Below, piece after piece: positions 26,568-35,560 of a DNA stretch of 40,000 bases. Under the pieces are notes generated by a model. That model saw nothing but the letters and a program-made list of their open reading frames with translations. It was not told the origin of the DNA and did not search any database. The DNA comes from Pseudomonas fluorescens (GTDB lineage: Bacteria > Pseudomonadota > Gammaproteobacteria > Pseudomonadales > Pseudomonadaceae), in the NCBI RefSeq assembly GCF_902497995.1, contig NZ_CABVII010000016.1, forward strand, positions 119,158-159,157. The letters run 5' to 3'. How positions within the stretch are numbered: position 1 is the stretch's first letter; each line of letters opens with the position of its first letter. The position numbers and the translations under genes are program-made.

Positions 26568-27527
26568 ATGTCCAATTCCTCCCCCCTCACCGCGCTCGTG
26601 CATACCCTGCGCTATGAAGCCGAAGGCATCATCAGTGTCGAGTTGCGGCCGTATGGCGACACCGTGTTCGCCCCGTTCGAAGCCGGTTCGCACATTGACC
26701 TGCACCTGCCCAACGGGTTGGTGCGCAGCTACTCGTTGCTCAATTCGCCGAGCGATCGCGGCCGTTACGTGGTCGGCATCCTGCGCGATCGCAACAGCCG
26801 TGGCGGCTCGGAATTTGTGCACGGCCAATTGCGCGTCGGCATGCAGCTGCCGATCTCGTCGCCGCGCAATAACTTCCAGCTCGACCTCAGCGCCAGACAC
26901 AGCGTGCTGGTGGCCGGTGGCATCGGCATCACGCCGATCTACTGCATGTTCCGCCAACTGCTGGCGCTGGGAAAATCCGCCGAGCTGATCTACTGCGCCC
27001 GTTCACGGCAGGAAGCCGCGTTGGTCGAAGAACTCAGCGGCCTGAGCGCCAAGGTGGTTTATCACTTCAACGACGAAAAAGGCATGCCACCGGACTTGAG
27101 CGCCTACCTGGCGGGCCAGCCTGGTGACACGCATTTCTATTGCTGCGGACCGACGCCGATGCTCGATGCCTTCGAAAGCACCTGCGAAGGCCTCGGTTAT
27201 CCCCATGCCCATATCGAGCGATTCGCGGCGGCGGAATTGCCGCCGTCCACAGACGCGCAGAGCAGTTACAGCGTCGAGCTGAAAAAAACCGGCAAGACCC
27301 TGTCGATCGAGCCGGGCTTGAGTTTGCTCGACGTGTTGCTCGAGGCAGGTTGCGACATTGAATACAGCTGTCGTGAAGGGGTGTGTGGTTCGTGCGAGAC
27401 ACGGGTCCTGGAAGGTGATGTCGATCATCGCGACGGCGTGCTGACCAAGGCCGAGCGTGCGGCTAATAAATCAATGATGGTCTGTGTGTCGGGTTGCAAG
27501 AGTCGCCGCCTGGTACTCGACTTATAA
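26568..27527 (+). CDS. PDR/VanB-type oxygenase reductase (FMN/NAD-binding plus plant-type 2Fe-2S)
   Basis: RSYSL flavin motif, GGIGITP NAD motif, and C-terminal CREGVCGSCETRV...MVCVS ferredoxin. 319 aa. Confidence 0.9.
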   Translation: MSNSSPLTALVHTLRYEAEGIISVELRPYGDTVFAPFEAGSHIDLHLPNGLVRSYSLLNSPSDRGRYVVGILRDRNSRGGSEFVHGQLRVGMQLPISSPRNNFQLDLSARHSVLVAGGIGITPIYCMFRQLLALGKSAELIYCARSRQEAALVEELSGLSAKVVYHFNDEKGMPPDLSAYLAGQPGDTHFYCCGPTPMLDAFESTCEGLGYPHAHIERFAAAELPPSTDAQSSYSVELKKTGKTLSIEPGLSLLDVLLEAGCDIEYSCREGVCGSCETRVLEGDVDHRDGVLTKAERAANKSMMVCVSGCKSRRLVLDL

Positions 27528-27553
27528 CCGCCGTTCTATTTCATCCATTAAAC

Positions 27554-27582
27554 AGGCCGACCATTTTGTCGGCCTTTTTTTT
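27554..27582 (+). terminator. Rho-independent terminator ending the long operon
   Basis: AGGCCGAC-CATTTT-GTCGGCCT followed by a T-run (27576-27582). Confidence 0.85.
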
Positions 27583-27636
27583 GGGGCATTCACCGGCTTG
27601 GAAGCCACCTCATTTTCCAGCTTGGGCACGTTCTCC

Positions 27637-27729
27637 TTGTAGGAGCGAGGCTTGCCCGCGAAGCAGGCGCTGCGGTGCATCTGTTAGACCGCGTTATCGT
27701 TCTTCGCCGGCAAGCCAGGCTCCTACAGG
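27637..27729. repeat. REP-like palindromic intergenic element
   Basis: TTGTAGGAGCGAGGCTTGCCCGCGAAG ... CTTCGCCGGCAAGCCAGGCTCCTACAGG. This is the classic Pseudomonas intergenic palindrome class. Confidence 0.8.
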
Positions 27730-27846
27730 TATTGCGTTATCTGTGTTTCCCCGTGAGAGGCCTTTTTATGCAAGTCGAGTAAGGGCGCACACATAACGTG
27801 CAGTTTCGTTACTCCTTGAGGCCCACGTTCCACGGGCAATACAAAG

Positions 27847-27868
27847 AACTGCGTTTCCCATATAAACA
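27847..27868. promoter_or_regulatory. Degenerate copy of the candidate activator site (AACTGCGTTTCCCATATAAACA)
   Basis: It shares the exact 11-mer AACTGCGTTTC with 13350-13360. It lies about 60 bp upstream of the second sigma-54 promoter. Confidence 0.45.
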
Positions 27869-27913
27869 ATTGTTTTTACTGGATTTTATTCGGAAAAAAA
27901 CACCACCCAACAG

Positions 27914-27929
27914 TGGCATGGTTTCTGCT
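27914..27929 (+). promoter_or_regulatory. Sigma-54 (-24/-12) promoter TGGCAT-N5-CTGCT
   Basis: GG at 27915-27916 and GC at 27927-27928 are in the correct register. It lies upstream of the porin gene, with an A/T-rich tract just upstream. Confidence 0.65.
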
Positions 27930-28101
27930 CTATTCCCCTCAAGTTCATAGGTCAAACGCCGTATCACCTACGAAACACTCAAGACAAAAACGCACTCCAA
28001 TACCGCAACACTCGAAGTCATTCGCCCATTGCCACTTTCAAGGCAAGCGAAACAGTGTTGCCGGTCACTTTGTAGCGCTCAATATTGCAGGGGAAGTGAG
28101 C

Positions 28102-29331
28102 ATGAAGAATTACGTGATATGCCTGGGGCTGATGATGAGCAGCTGCGTCAGTTTCGCCGGCGAACCCGGCCCTGCCGCGCCCGTGACCTCGGCTACCGGT
28201 AAAAAGCCCTTCCCGCACATCGCCTGGCGCAGCGATGATGGCCAAAGCAGCCTCGACATCGGCGGCGCCCTGCGCACCAATTACCGCGACGAGCATTGGG
28301 ACACCACCGAAAACAATGGTCGGTTTCTCTTCGACACCTTCCGCATCGACGTGCAGGCGACCTACAAAAACCTGTTCAGTGACGTCGGCTACTGGTTCCA
28401 GGACGACGGCAAACGCTCCATCGACCGTGGCTTCGTTGGCTACCGCATCAACAGCCAATCAAACCTGCAACTGGGCGCGCCATTCAAGCCTTTCGGTCTC
28501 GAACCCTACCCGCAATTCGGCTGGAGTTATCACCTGCCCTTCTTCATGGGGTATGGCGTCAGCGCCGGGTCGGGTTTGAAGTACAGCTACAAGGACAAGG
28601 ACTGGGACCTGCAACTGGGGTATTTCCCGCGCATGATGCCCTCGGACATTCGCTACTCGCCGGAAGTCGGACGCTACGCCGACCTCAAGGACAATGCGAT
28701 CCCCTTCACCCAGTCGCGCCAGGACAACGAGAAGCACAACCAGATCAACGCCCGCGTCGCGCGAACCTTTGTCAACGACGGCTGGAAAGCCGAGGTCGGG
28801 GCATCGGTGGCCGCGGCCCAGCTGTACAACGCCACCACCCGGGACGACGGTGATTACTGGGCCGGCGGCATTCACGCCGTGATCAATGCCGGCCAATGGA
28901 CCGTCAGCACCCAGGGCATCCGCTACGAGTACGACCCGAAAAATCCGGCCGGCGTCAGCAACGATTCGGTGCTGATGGGTGGCAACGGCCTGACGCCCGC
29001 GTACCTGATCGCGTCCAAGGCAACCATCGCTTCGCTGAACATTGGCTATGACATTGCGACGCCGAAGCTGGGGCAATTGAAGAAGATCAAACTGTACAAC
29101 GACTACAGTCGCATGATGAAAGACCAGAGCGGTTGGGACGATTCGCAGATGTACACCGTCGGCGCACAATTTCTGGCGATGCCGATCATGGCATGGGTCG
29201 ACCTGACCTGGGCAAAAAACGCCAACCCCTACGGCGGTGCGGAAAACGGTACCGGCTTTACCAATACCAGTTCGATCGGCAGCAACGAGTGGTACTACCG
29301 GACCAATATCAATATCGGGTACTACTTCTGA
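28102..29331 (+). CDS. Outer-membrane beta-barrel porin-like protein (family unassigned)
   Basis: Start moved to ATG 28102. Signal peptide MKNYVICLGLMMSSCVSFAGEP. Amphipathic strand pattern and a C-terminal ...NINIGYYF aromatic terminus. Confidence 0.75.
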   Translation: MKNYVICLGLMMSSCVSFAGEPGPAAPVTSATGKKPFPHIAWRSDDGQSSLDIGGALRTNYRDEHWDTTENNGRFLFDTFRIDVQATYKNLFSDVGYWFQDDGKRSIDRGFVGYRINSQSNLQLGAPFKPFGLEPYPQFGWSYHLPFFMGYGVSAGSGLKYSYKDKDWDLQLGYFPRMMPSDIRYSPEVGRYADLKDNAIPFTQSRQDNEKHNQINARVARTFVNDGWKAEVGASVAAAQLYNATTRDDGDYWAGGIHAVINAGQWTVSTQGIRYEYDPKNPAGVSNDSVLMGGNGLTPAYLIASKATIASLNIGYDIATPKLGQLKKIKLYNDYSRMMKDQSGWDDSQMYTVGAQFLAMPIMAWVDLTWAKNANPYGGAENGTGFTNTSSIGSNEWYYRTNINIGYYF

Positions 29332-29336
29332 TGCGC

Positions 29337-29366
29337 GTTGCCCTCTCCCCCGCGGGAGAGGGCAAC
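29337..29366. terminator. Perfect 13-bp hairpin between convergent genes
   Basis: GTTGCCCTCTCCC-CCGC-GGGAGAGGGCAAC. There is no U-tract on either side, so it may be a terminator or a stabiliser. Confidence 0.5.
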
Positions 29367-29374
29367 CGCCAACC

Positions 29375-31051
29375 TCAGGTGTGACGAATGTCCCGATCCT
29401 TGGTTTCCGGCAGGAAGAAAATACCCAGGATCGCCGTCATCACCGCGATGATGATCGGGTACCACAGCCCGTAGTAGATATCACCCGTGGCCGCGACCAT
29501 GGCGAATGCCACCGTGGGCAGGAAGCCGCCGAACCAGCCGTTGCCGATGTGGTACGGCAGCGACATCGAGGTGTAGCGGATGCGCGCCGGGAACAGTTCC
29601 ACCAGCCAGGCGGCGATCGGGCCGTAGACCATGGTGACGTAGATCACCAGGATGGTCAGGAGCAGCAGCACCATCGGGTAGTTGGTCTTGGCCGGGTCGG
29701 CCTTCTCGGGGTAGCCGGCTTCCTTGAGCGAGGAGCCGAGGGTCACGACGAAGGCGTCGTTCTTGGCCTTGAAGTCGGCGGCCGGCATGCCGGTGCCCTC
29801 GAAGCTCTGGATGACTTTGTCGCCGATGCGCACCTGCGCAATGGTGCCCGGCTCGGCCTTCACGTTTTCATAGGGGATGGCCCGCTTTGCCAACACGGTC
29901 TTCGCCAGGTCGCAGGAACTGGTGAATTTGGCCTTGCCCACCGGGTCGAACTGGAACGAGCACTGGGCGGGATCGGCAATCACCGTGACCGGGTTCTTCG
30001 CCTGCGCGGCGAATACGTCAGGGTTACCGTATTGGGTCAGCGCATGGAAGATCGGAAAGTAGGTCAACGCCGCGAGGATACAGCCGGCCATGATGATCCC
30101 TTTGCGGCCGATGCGATCGGACAGGCTGCCGAATATGACGAAGAACGGCGTACCGATCAGCAGCGAGCCGGCGATCAACAGGTTGGCGGTCTGCGGGTCG
30201 ATCTTGAGCGTCTGCAGCAGGAAGAACAGCGCATAGAACTGCCCGGTGTACCAGACCACGGCCTGGCCGGCAGTGCCGCCGAGCAACGCCATGATCACTA
30301 TCTTGAGGTTGTCCCAGCGAGCGAAGGATTCGGTCAGCGGCGCCTTGGAAGACTTGCCTTCGGCCTTCATTTTCAGGAACACCGGCGACTCGCTGAGTTG
30401 CAGGCGGATGTACACCGAGACGATCAGCAACAGGATCGACAGCAGGAACGGAATCCGCCAGCCCCAGGCCTCGAAGGCTTCAGTGCCGAGGATGGTGCGG
30501 CAGGCAAGAATCACCAGTAGCGAAAGGAACAGGCCGAGGGTCGCGGTGGTCTGGATCCACGAAGTGAAGTAGCCGCGCTTGCCCTTGGGCGCATGTTCGG
30601 CCACGTAGGTCGCCGCACCGCCGTACTCACCGCCCAGGGCCAGGCCTTGCAGCAGGCGCAGGGTGATCAGGATGATCGGCGCTGCCACACCGATCGTCGC
30701 GTAGCCGGGCAGGAAGCCGACGATGGCCGTGGAGATACCCATGATCACAATGGTGATGAGGAAGGTGTGCTTGCGCCCGATCATGTCCCCCAGGCGACCG
30801 AACACGATGGCGCCAAAGGGGCGTACGGCGAAGCCCGCGGCGAACGCGAGCAGCGCGAAGATGAACGAGGTTGTCTCGTTGACCCCGGCGAAGAAATGCT
30901 TGGCGATGATCGCGGCAAGCGAGCCGTAAAGGTAAAAGTCGTACCACTCGAACACGGTGCCCAGGGACGAGGCAAAAATGACCTTGCGCTCCTCCTTGGT
31001 AAGCCCGTGGTGGGGCGCGCTGCGCGCCGTTGCATTGTCGATTGCGGGCAT
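29375..31051 (-). CDS. MFS transporter, metabolite:H+ symporter (MHS) family, with ~115-aa insert between predicted TM9 and TM10
   Basis: 558 aa. GGAGA SD. MHS-type motifs (GTVFEWYDFYLYG, RPFGAIVFGRLGDMIGRK). 12 hydrophobic helices by eye. Confidence 0.88.
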   Translation of the reverse strand: MPAIDNATARSAPHHGLTKEERKVIFASSLGTVFEWYDFYLYGSLAAIIAKHFFAGVNETTSFIFALLAFAAGFAVRPFGAIVFGRLGDMIGRKHTFLITIVIMGISTAIVGFLPGYATIGVAAPIILITLRLLQGLALGGEYGGAATYVAEHAPKGKRGYFTSWIQTTATLGLFLSLLVILACRTILGTEAFEAWGWRIPFLLSILLLIVSVYIRLQLSESPVFLKMKAEGKSSKAPLTESFARWDNLKIVIMALLGGTAGQAVVWYTGQFYALFFLLQTLKIDPQTANLLIAGSLLIGTPFFVIFGSLSDRIGRKGIIMAGCILAALTYFPIFHALTQYGNPDVFAAQAKNPVTVIADPAQCSFQFDPVGKAKFTSSCDLAKTVLAKRAIPYENVKAEPGTIAQVRIGDKVIQSFEGTGMPAADFKAKNDAFVVTLGSSLKEAGYPEKADPAKTNYPMVLLLLTILVIYVTMVYGPIAAWLVELFPARIRYTSMSLPYHIGNGWFGGFLPTVAFAMVAATGDIYYGLWYPIIIAVMTAILGIFFLPETKDRDIRHT

Positions 31052-31175
31052 AAGTATTCTCCGTCTTTGTTGTTATTTATAGGCCGGAGTACCCCACTAC
31101 CTTCTTGCCGCACCCTGGCCCTGGGGCTGATGTCATCGGATTATGGATTGCGCAAAGCATGCACACAGGTGACGG

Positions 31176-31193
31176 CCTTGCATCGCTGCAAGG
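31176..31193. promoter_or_regulatory. Inverted repeat CCTTGCA-TCGC-TGCAAGG in the MFS/amidase divergent region
   Basis: Perfect 7-bp arms read directly. Candidate operator, binder unknown. Confidence 0.3.
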
Positions 31194-31486
31194 TTTCCTG
31201 AAGCATAATCGGCTTCGCGCAGATATCCACTCGCCAAAAGCAGTTACTTGCCCGACCATTACCCTTTTCAGCCAGACGCCCACACTGGGGGCAGAACCCT
31301 TACACCGACTCCCGGGCCTGGTGTTAAATAGAACGCTCAGGTCGTAAGCCCAGCCCCTGTCGCGTAATGCAATGCAACGAGAACCGTTATGAGCAACCTT
31401 TTTGACAACAGTAATGTCCTTGCCTCCAGGATCCGGCGTGATGAAAACACTCGCGGCCTCCCCCTTCTGCAGCCGGTGGTAACAGC

Positions 31487-33202
31487 ATGATCGAAGTCAC
31501 CGAAGTCTCCATTGCCGAACTGCGTGCGGCGCTCGAATCAGGCCGGACCACCGCGGTCGAACTGGTCCAGGCCTACCTTGCCAGGGTCGACGCCTATGAC
31601 GGACCCGACACGCCCACCGCCCTCAACGCGGTCGTGGTGCGCAACCCCGCTGCACTCGAGGAGGCCCGGGCGTCCGATGCCCGTCGGGCCAAGGGCGAGA
31701 CCCTGGGTCCGCTCGATGGCATCCCCTATACGGCCAAGGACAGTTATCTGGTCAAGGGGCTGACAGCAGCCTCTGGCAGTCCGGCATTCGCCAACCTGAT
31801 CGCCTATCGCGATGCGTTCACCATCGAACGGCTGCGCGCCGCGGGTGCGATTTGCCTGGGCAAGACCAATATGCCGCCCATGGCCAACGGCGGCATGCAG
31901 CGCGGGGTCTATGGCCGAGCGGAAAGCCCGTACAACGCCGATTACCTCACCGCCCCCTTCGCCTCGGGCTCGTCGAACGGCGCCGGGACTGCCACCGCCG
32001 CCAGTTTCGCGGCCTTCGGCCTGGCTGAAGAAACCTGGTCGAGCGGCCGCGGGCCTGCGTCGAACAATGGCTTGTGTGCCTACATACCGTCGCGGGGGGT
32101 GATCTCGGTGCGCGGCAACTGGCCATTGACCCCGACCATGGACGTTGTGGTGCCGTTTGCCCGAACCATGGCGGACCTGCTCGAGGTGCTCGACGTGGTG
32201 GTCGCGGAGGATCCCGACACCCGGGGCGATCTGTGGCGGATGCAACCCTGGGTACCGATTCCGAGTGTCGCCTCGGTGCGCCCCGCCTCCTATGCATCGC
32301 TCGCGGCGAATAGCGCTGCGCTCGCCGGAAAACGCTTTGGCGTTCCGCGCATGTACATCAACGCCGATCCCGAAGCCGGCACCGCGGATGCGCCGGGTAT
32401 CGGCGGTCCGACCGGGCAGCGGATCAACACCCGCCCTTCGGTGATCGGGCTCTGGAAAGAGGCGCGCCAGGCACTGGAAGCTGCGGGGGCCGAAGTGCTC
32501 GAGGTCGATTTCCCGATGGTCTCCAATTGCGAGGGTGATCGGCCGGGTGCGCCGACGGTGTTTACCCGGGGCCTGGTGTCCAAGGAGTTCCTGCATCATG
32601 AATTGTGGGATCTGACGGCCTGGGCGTTCGATGATTTCCTGCAAGCCAATGGCGATCCAAAACTGAATCGTCTGGTCGATGTCGACGGGCCGCTGATTTT
32701 CCCCCACGACCCGGGGACCCTGCCCAACCGCGAGGGCGACCTTGTCGCGGGCATGGACGAGTATGTGCGGATGGCCGAGCGCGGCATCACACCCTGGGAC
32801 CAGATCGCCACGGTGCCGGATGGCCTGCGCGGGCTGGAGCAGACCCGTCGAATCGATCTGGAGGACTGGATGGATCGGCTGGGACTCGATGCAGTGATTT
32901 TCCCGACGGTAGCCGACGTTGCGCCGGCGAATGCCGACGTCGACCCGCAGTCTGCGGATATCGCCTGGAGTAACGGCATCTGGGTCGCCAACGGCAACCT
33001 CGCCATCCGCCACCTGGGTGTGCCCACGGTCACTGTGCCGATGGGCATCATGCCCGACATCGGCATGCCGGTCGGGCTGACGTTTGCCGGTCGTGCGTAT
33101 GACGATTCGACGTTGTTGCGTTTGGCTGCGGCGTTTGAGTCGACGGGGGCGAAGCGCTTGATTCCACCTAGGACCCCGCCATTGGCGGGTAGCAAAAAGT
33201 AA
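31487..33202 (+). CDS. Amidase-signature (AS) family amidase, long form
   Basis: 571 aa. GIPYTAKDS (catalytic Lys region) and ASGSSNGAGTATAA (Ser-cisSer region). Confidence 0.88.
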   Translation: MIEVTEVSIAELRAALESGRTTAVELVQAYLARVDAYDGPDTPTALNAVVVRNPAALEEARASDARRAKGETLGPLDGIPYTAKDSYLVKGLTAASGSPAFANLIAYRDAFTIERLRAAGAICLGKTNMPPMANGGMQRGVYGRAESPYNADYLTAPFASGSSNGAGTATAASFAAFGLAEETWSSGRGPASNNGLCAYIPSRGVISVRGNWPLTPTMDVVVPFARTMADLLEVLDVVVAEDPDTRGDLWRMQPWVPIPSVASVRPASYASLAANSAALAGKRFGVPRMYINADPEAGTADAPGIGGPTGQRINTRPSVIGLWKEARQALEAAGAEVLEVDFPMVSNCEGDRPGAPTVFTRGLVSKEFLHHELWDLTAWAFDDFLQANGDPKLNRLVDVDGPLIFPHDPGTLPNREGDLVAGMDEYVRMAERGITPWDQIATVPDGLRGLEQTRRIDLEDWMDRLGLDAVIFPTVADVAPANADVDPQSADIAWSNGIWVANGNLAIRHLGVPTVTVPMGIMPDIGMPVGLTFAGRAYDDSTLLRLAAAFESTGAKRLIPPRTPPLAGSKK

Positions 33203-33242
33203 AAAGTCGCCCAGGCGCTCTGGCCCGCATCCATTCAAAATA

Positions 33243-33345
33243 ATGTGGGAGCGGGATTGCTCCGGGCGGCATTCCGATGAAAGCGATTTGTCTGTCACTG
33301 CGATGTTGATGGGGCCGCCGTCTTCGCGAGCAAGCCCGCTCCCAC
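33243..33345. repeat. REP-like palindromic intergenic element
   Basis: TGTGGGAGCGGGATTGCTCCGGGCGG ... CTTCGCGAGCAAGCCCGCTCCCACA. Same class as 27637..27729. Confidence 0.8.
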
Positions 33346-33444
33346 AAGGGATTGCGGGTACCTGGGAGGTATGGGCATGGCTCCGGCCCACATTGGATCT
33401 TTGCCGGATTCGGGATTTGTGTGCGCCCTTGCAGCGCCGGGGCC

Positions 33445-34299
33445 TCAGAGTCTGCGAGCCTCTAAAGCCCGTGCCTGGCAATCTCTCCACAGCTCGCGGA
33501 TCAAATCCTTGAGCATCAGCGCCTCGGCCCAGCGGTCAGTGATCTCTGCGCCATCGGCCCCCGTGATGGCATAGGGTGGCGGACCGAGTTCGCAGGTAAA
33601 GGACAGGCTGGCGGGCGTATTCGGTCGCGCCAGCCAATCCTCGATCCCATAGCGCCACCAGCCAAGAAAACGCTCCAGCCAGGGACGATGCCGGGCGAAG
33701 CTCAACGCCACCTGAACCTGTTCGCAGCTGGCGACACGGCCATGAAACCCCCAACTGTGGCGCAGGATGGTCTGGATCTGCCGGTCATCCTCCGCAGCGG
33801 CCGGCTCCGGCAGTTCGCGGCCCACGACATAGTGGGACAAGTCGGCCAACAGCTTGAGGTCGGGCATTTCAGCGAGAATGTCGAGGGTGAACAACAGGTC
33901 GCTGGTGAGGCGATAACGGTGGGTTTCCAGGAGGATCGGGAAGTCCACCTGCTCGGCCAGGCGCTGCCAGCCTTCGATCAGTTCGATGGCCTGCGCCAGC
34001 GTGCGCGGCCTGACGTCGGCTTGCAGCGTGAGGTGGTGGCAGCCATGGCGGGACGCAACATCGATCGCCGCCGCCAGATCATCCACGGTGCGCGGGAACA
34101 CCTGTCCCTCAATCTGCAAGCCCTGCGCCTTGGCGGCGCTGCTCAGGCGTGCGGCATGCTGCCCGACCCAGAAATGGTCGGTGATGCCGTCGAAGCCGGC
34201 GGCGGCGATCTGTTCCAGCTGTGCTTCTATGGAAAGGTCGCATTGGCCGCGGTGATCCTGCATGGCCCAAAGCGACTGAAATACCAGGAATTCACGCAT
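33445..34299 (-). CDS. Xylose-isomerase-like TIM-barrel protein (sugar phosphate isomerase/epimerase family)
   Basis: Start moved to ATG 34299, 1 nt after the upstream gene stop. 284 aa. AP_endonuc_2-type pattern (FDGITDHF..., LETHR, ADLSHY). Confidence 0.75.
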   Translation of the reverse strand: MREFLVFQSLWAMQDHRGQCDLSIEAQLEQIAAAGFDGITDHFWVGQHAARLSSAAKAQGLQIEGQVFPRTVDDLAAAIDVASRHGCHHLTLQADVRPRTLAQAIELIEGWQRLAEQVDFPILLETHRYRLTSDLLFTLDILAEMPDLKLLADLSHYVVGRELPEPAAAEDDRQIQTILRHSWGFHGRVASCEQVQVALSFARHRPWLERFLGWWRYGIEDWLARPNTPASLSFTCELGPPPYAITGADGAEITDRWAEALMLKDLIRELWRDCQARALEARRL

Positions 34300-34300
34300 G

Positions 34301-35542
34301 TCAGCTCCGTAGTAATTGTTTGAGCGGCACATCGGCGTCGGCCAAAGCGTCTACCGAAAGCGGATTGGGGTGAGCGATCAGCCGCTCGCAGAGCTTGATG
34401 TCCCTGGCGATGCTATTGCCTTGCCCCCAGCCGCAGGCGCCTTGCAAACGCTGCTCGGCATCGAGATAGAACATCAGGAAACCGCCCCCCGAAGTTGCCC
34501 GGCTCGCCGTGGGTTCTGTGTTTGAAATCACCCCCACCGTCTGCAACCCCCAGTCGTACTGATCGGACCAGAAACCGGGAATGACCTCGAAGGGCAATTC
34601 GCCGCCCAACAGATTCAGCGCGGCGTGGCGGCCCTGGGCTTCGGCGTTGCGCCAGGTTTCCTGGCGCTGGAAAACCCCTTGCGGGTGCAAGCGAAACTCA
34701 CAGACATCGCCCACTGCAAAGATGTCCGGCGCGCTGGTGCGCAGTTGGGCATCGACGCGAATGCCCTGGCCGACTTCGAGCCCTGCGGCCGCGGCCAACT
34801 CAATATTGGGTTGCATGCCGATACCCACCACCACCAGATCGCAGGGCAGCAGCTGGCCGTCGACCAGTTGCACCGATTCAACCCCAGTGGTGCCCTGCAC
34901 CGCCTCGATGGCCACGTTCAGCCGCACATCCACGCCCTGGCTGCGATGCAACGCCAGCAGGACACTGGACAGTCGCTTCGGCAGGACCCGGCCCGCCAGG
35001 CGCGGACCTGCCTCGAGCAAGGTCACCGTGCAGCCCAAGGCGCGAGCGGTGGCGGCGACTTCGAGGCCGATGAAGCCGCCCCCGATCACCACCAATCGAG
35101 TGCCGGGCTGCAGCGCAGTACGCAGTGCAAGCGCCTCGTCATGGGTGCGCAGATACAGCACATTCAACAGATGCCCGGGCACCGAGGGCAGCCGTCGCGC
35201 CCTGCCCCCGGTCGCCAGCAGCAAACCGGCGTACTGCAGCCAGCTGCCATCGGCCAACTGCAGACGATGCTGCTGCGGATCCAGGCCTTGCACCGGGTTA
35301 CCCGCCAGGTGTTCGATGTCCAGTTCGGCGAGCCGGGCGCTATCGCACAAGCTGTAGCCCGCCAGATCCATCGTGCCCTGCAACAGTCCCTTCGACAGCG
35401 GCGGACGTTCATAGGGCGCGTGGGATTCGTCGCCTATCAGGATCAGGCGACCGCGATAACCTTCGTCGCGCAAGGTCAGCGCCGCGCGGCCACCCGCATG
35501 CCCGGCGCCGACGATGACCAGTGGAGCATTGGCAGAATTCAT
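34301..35542 (-). CDS. FAD-dependent ferredoxin-NAD(P)+ reductase (putidaredoxin-reductase-like)
   Basis: 413 aa. VIVGAGHAGG FAD motif, VVIGGGFIGLE NAD motif, and FAVGD. Confidence 0.9.
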   Translation of the reverse strand: MNSANAPLVIVGAGHAGGRAALTLRDEGYRGRLILIGDESHAPYERPPLSKGLLQGTMDLAGYSLCDSARLAELDIEHLAGNPVQGLDPQQHRLQLADGSWLQYAGLLLATGGRARRLPSVPGHLLNVLYLRTHDEALALRTALQPGTRLVVIGGGFIGLEVAATARALGCTVTLLEAGPRLAGRVLPKRLSSVLLALHRSQGVDVRLNVAIEAVQGTTGVESVQLVDGQLLPCDLVVVGIGMQPNIELAAAAGLEVGQGIRVDAQLRTSAPDIFAVGDVCEFRLHPQGVFQRQETWRNAEAQGRHAALNLLGGELPFEVIPGFWSDQYDWGLQTVGVISNTEPTASRATSGGGFLMFYLDAEQRLQGACGWGQGNSIARDIKLCERLIAHPNPLSVDALADADVPLKQLLRS

Positions 35543-35560
35543 GGCTCGGACTCCGTGCTG

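Noticed and set aside
27494-27796. 100-aa ORF across the REP-like element. The same applies to 33243..33512 and 33371..33574.
   Set aside because: These are translations of palindromic intergenic repeats (the PACRSEACPRS... and SRASPLPQG... types), not genes.
31538-33490. 650-aa minus-strand ORF antisense to the amidase. Similar plus-strand ORFs (29237..30520 and 35799..37106) lie antisense to the MFS and desaturase-like genes.
   Set aside because: They have no recognisable motifs and a biased composition. The opposite strand carries complete, motif-bearing genes with SD sequences.
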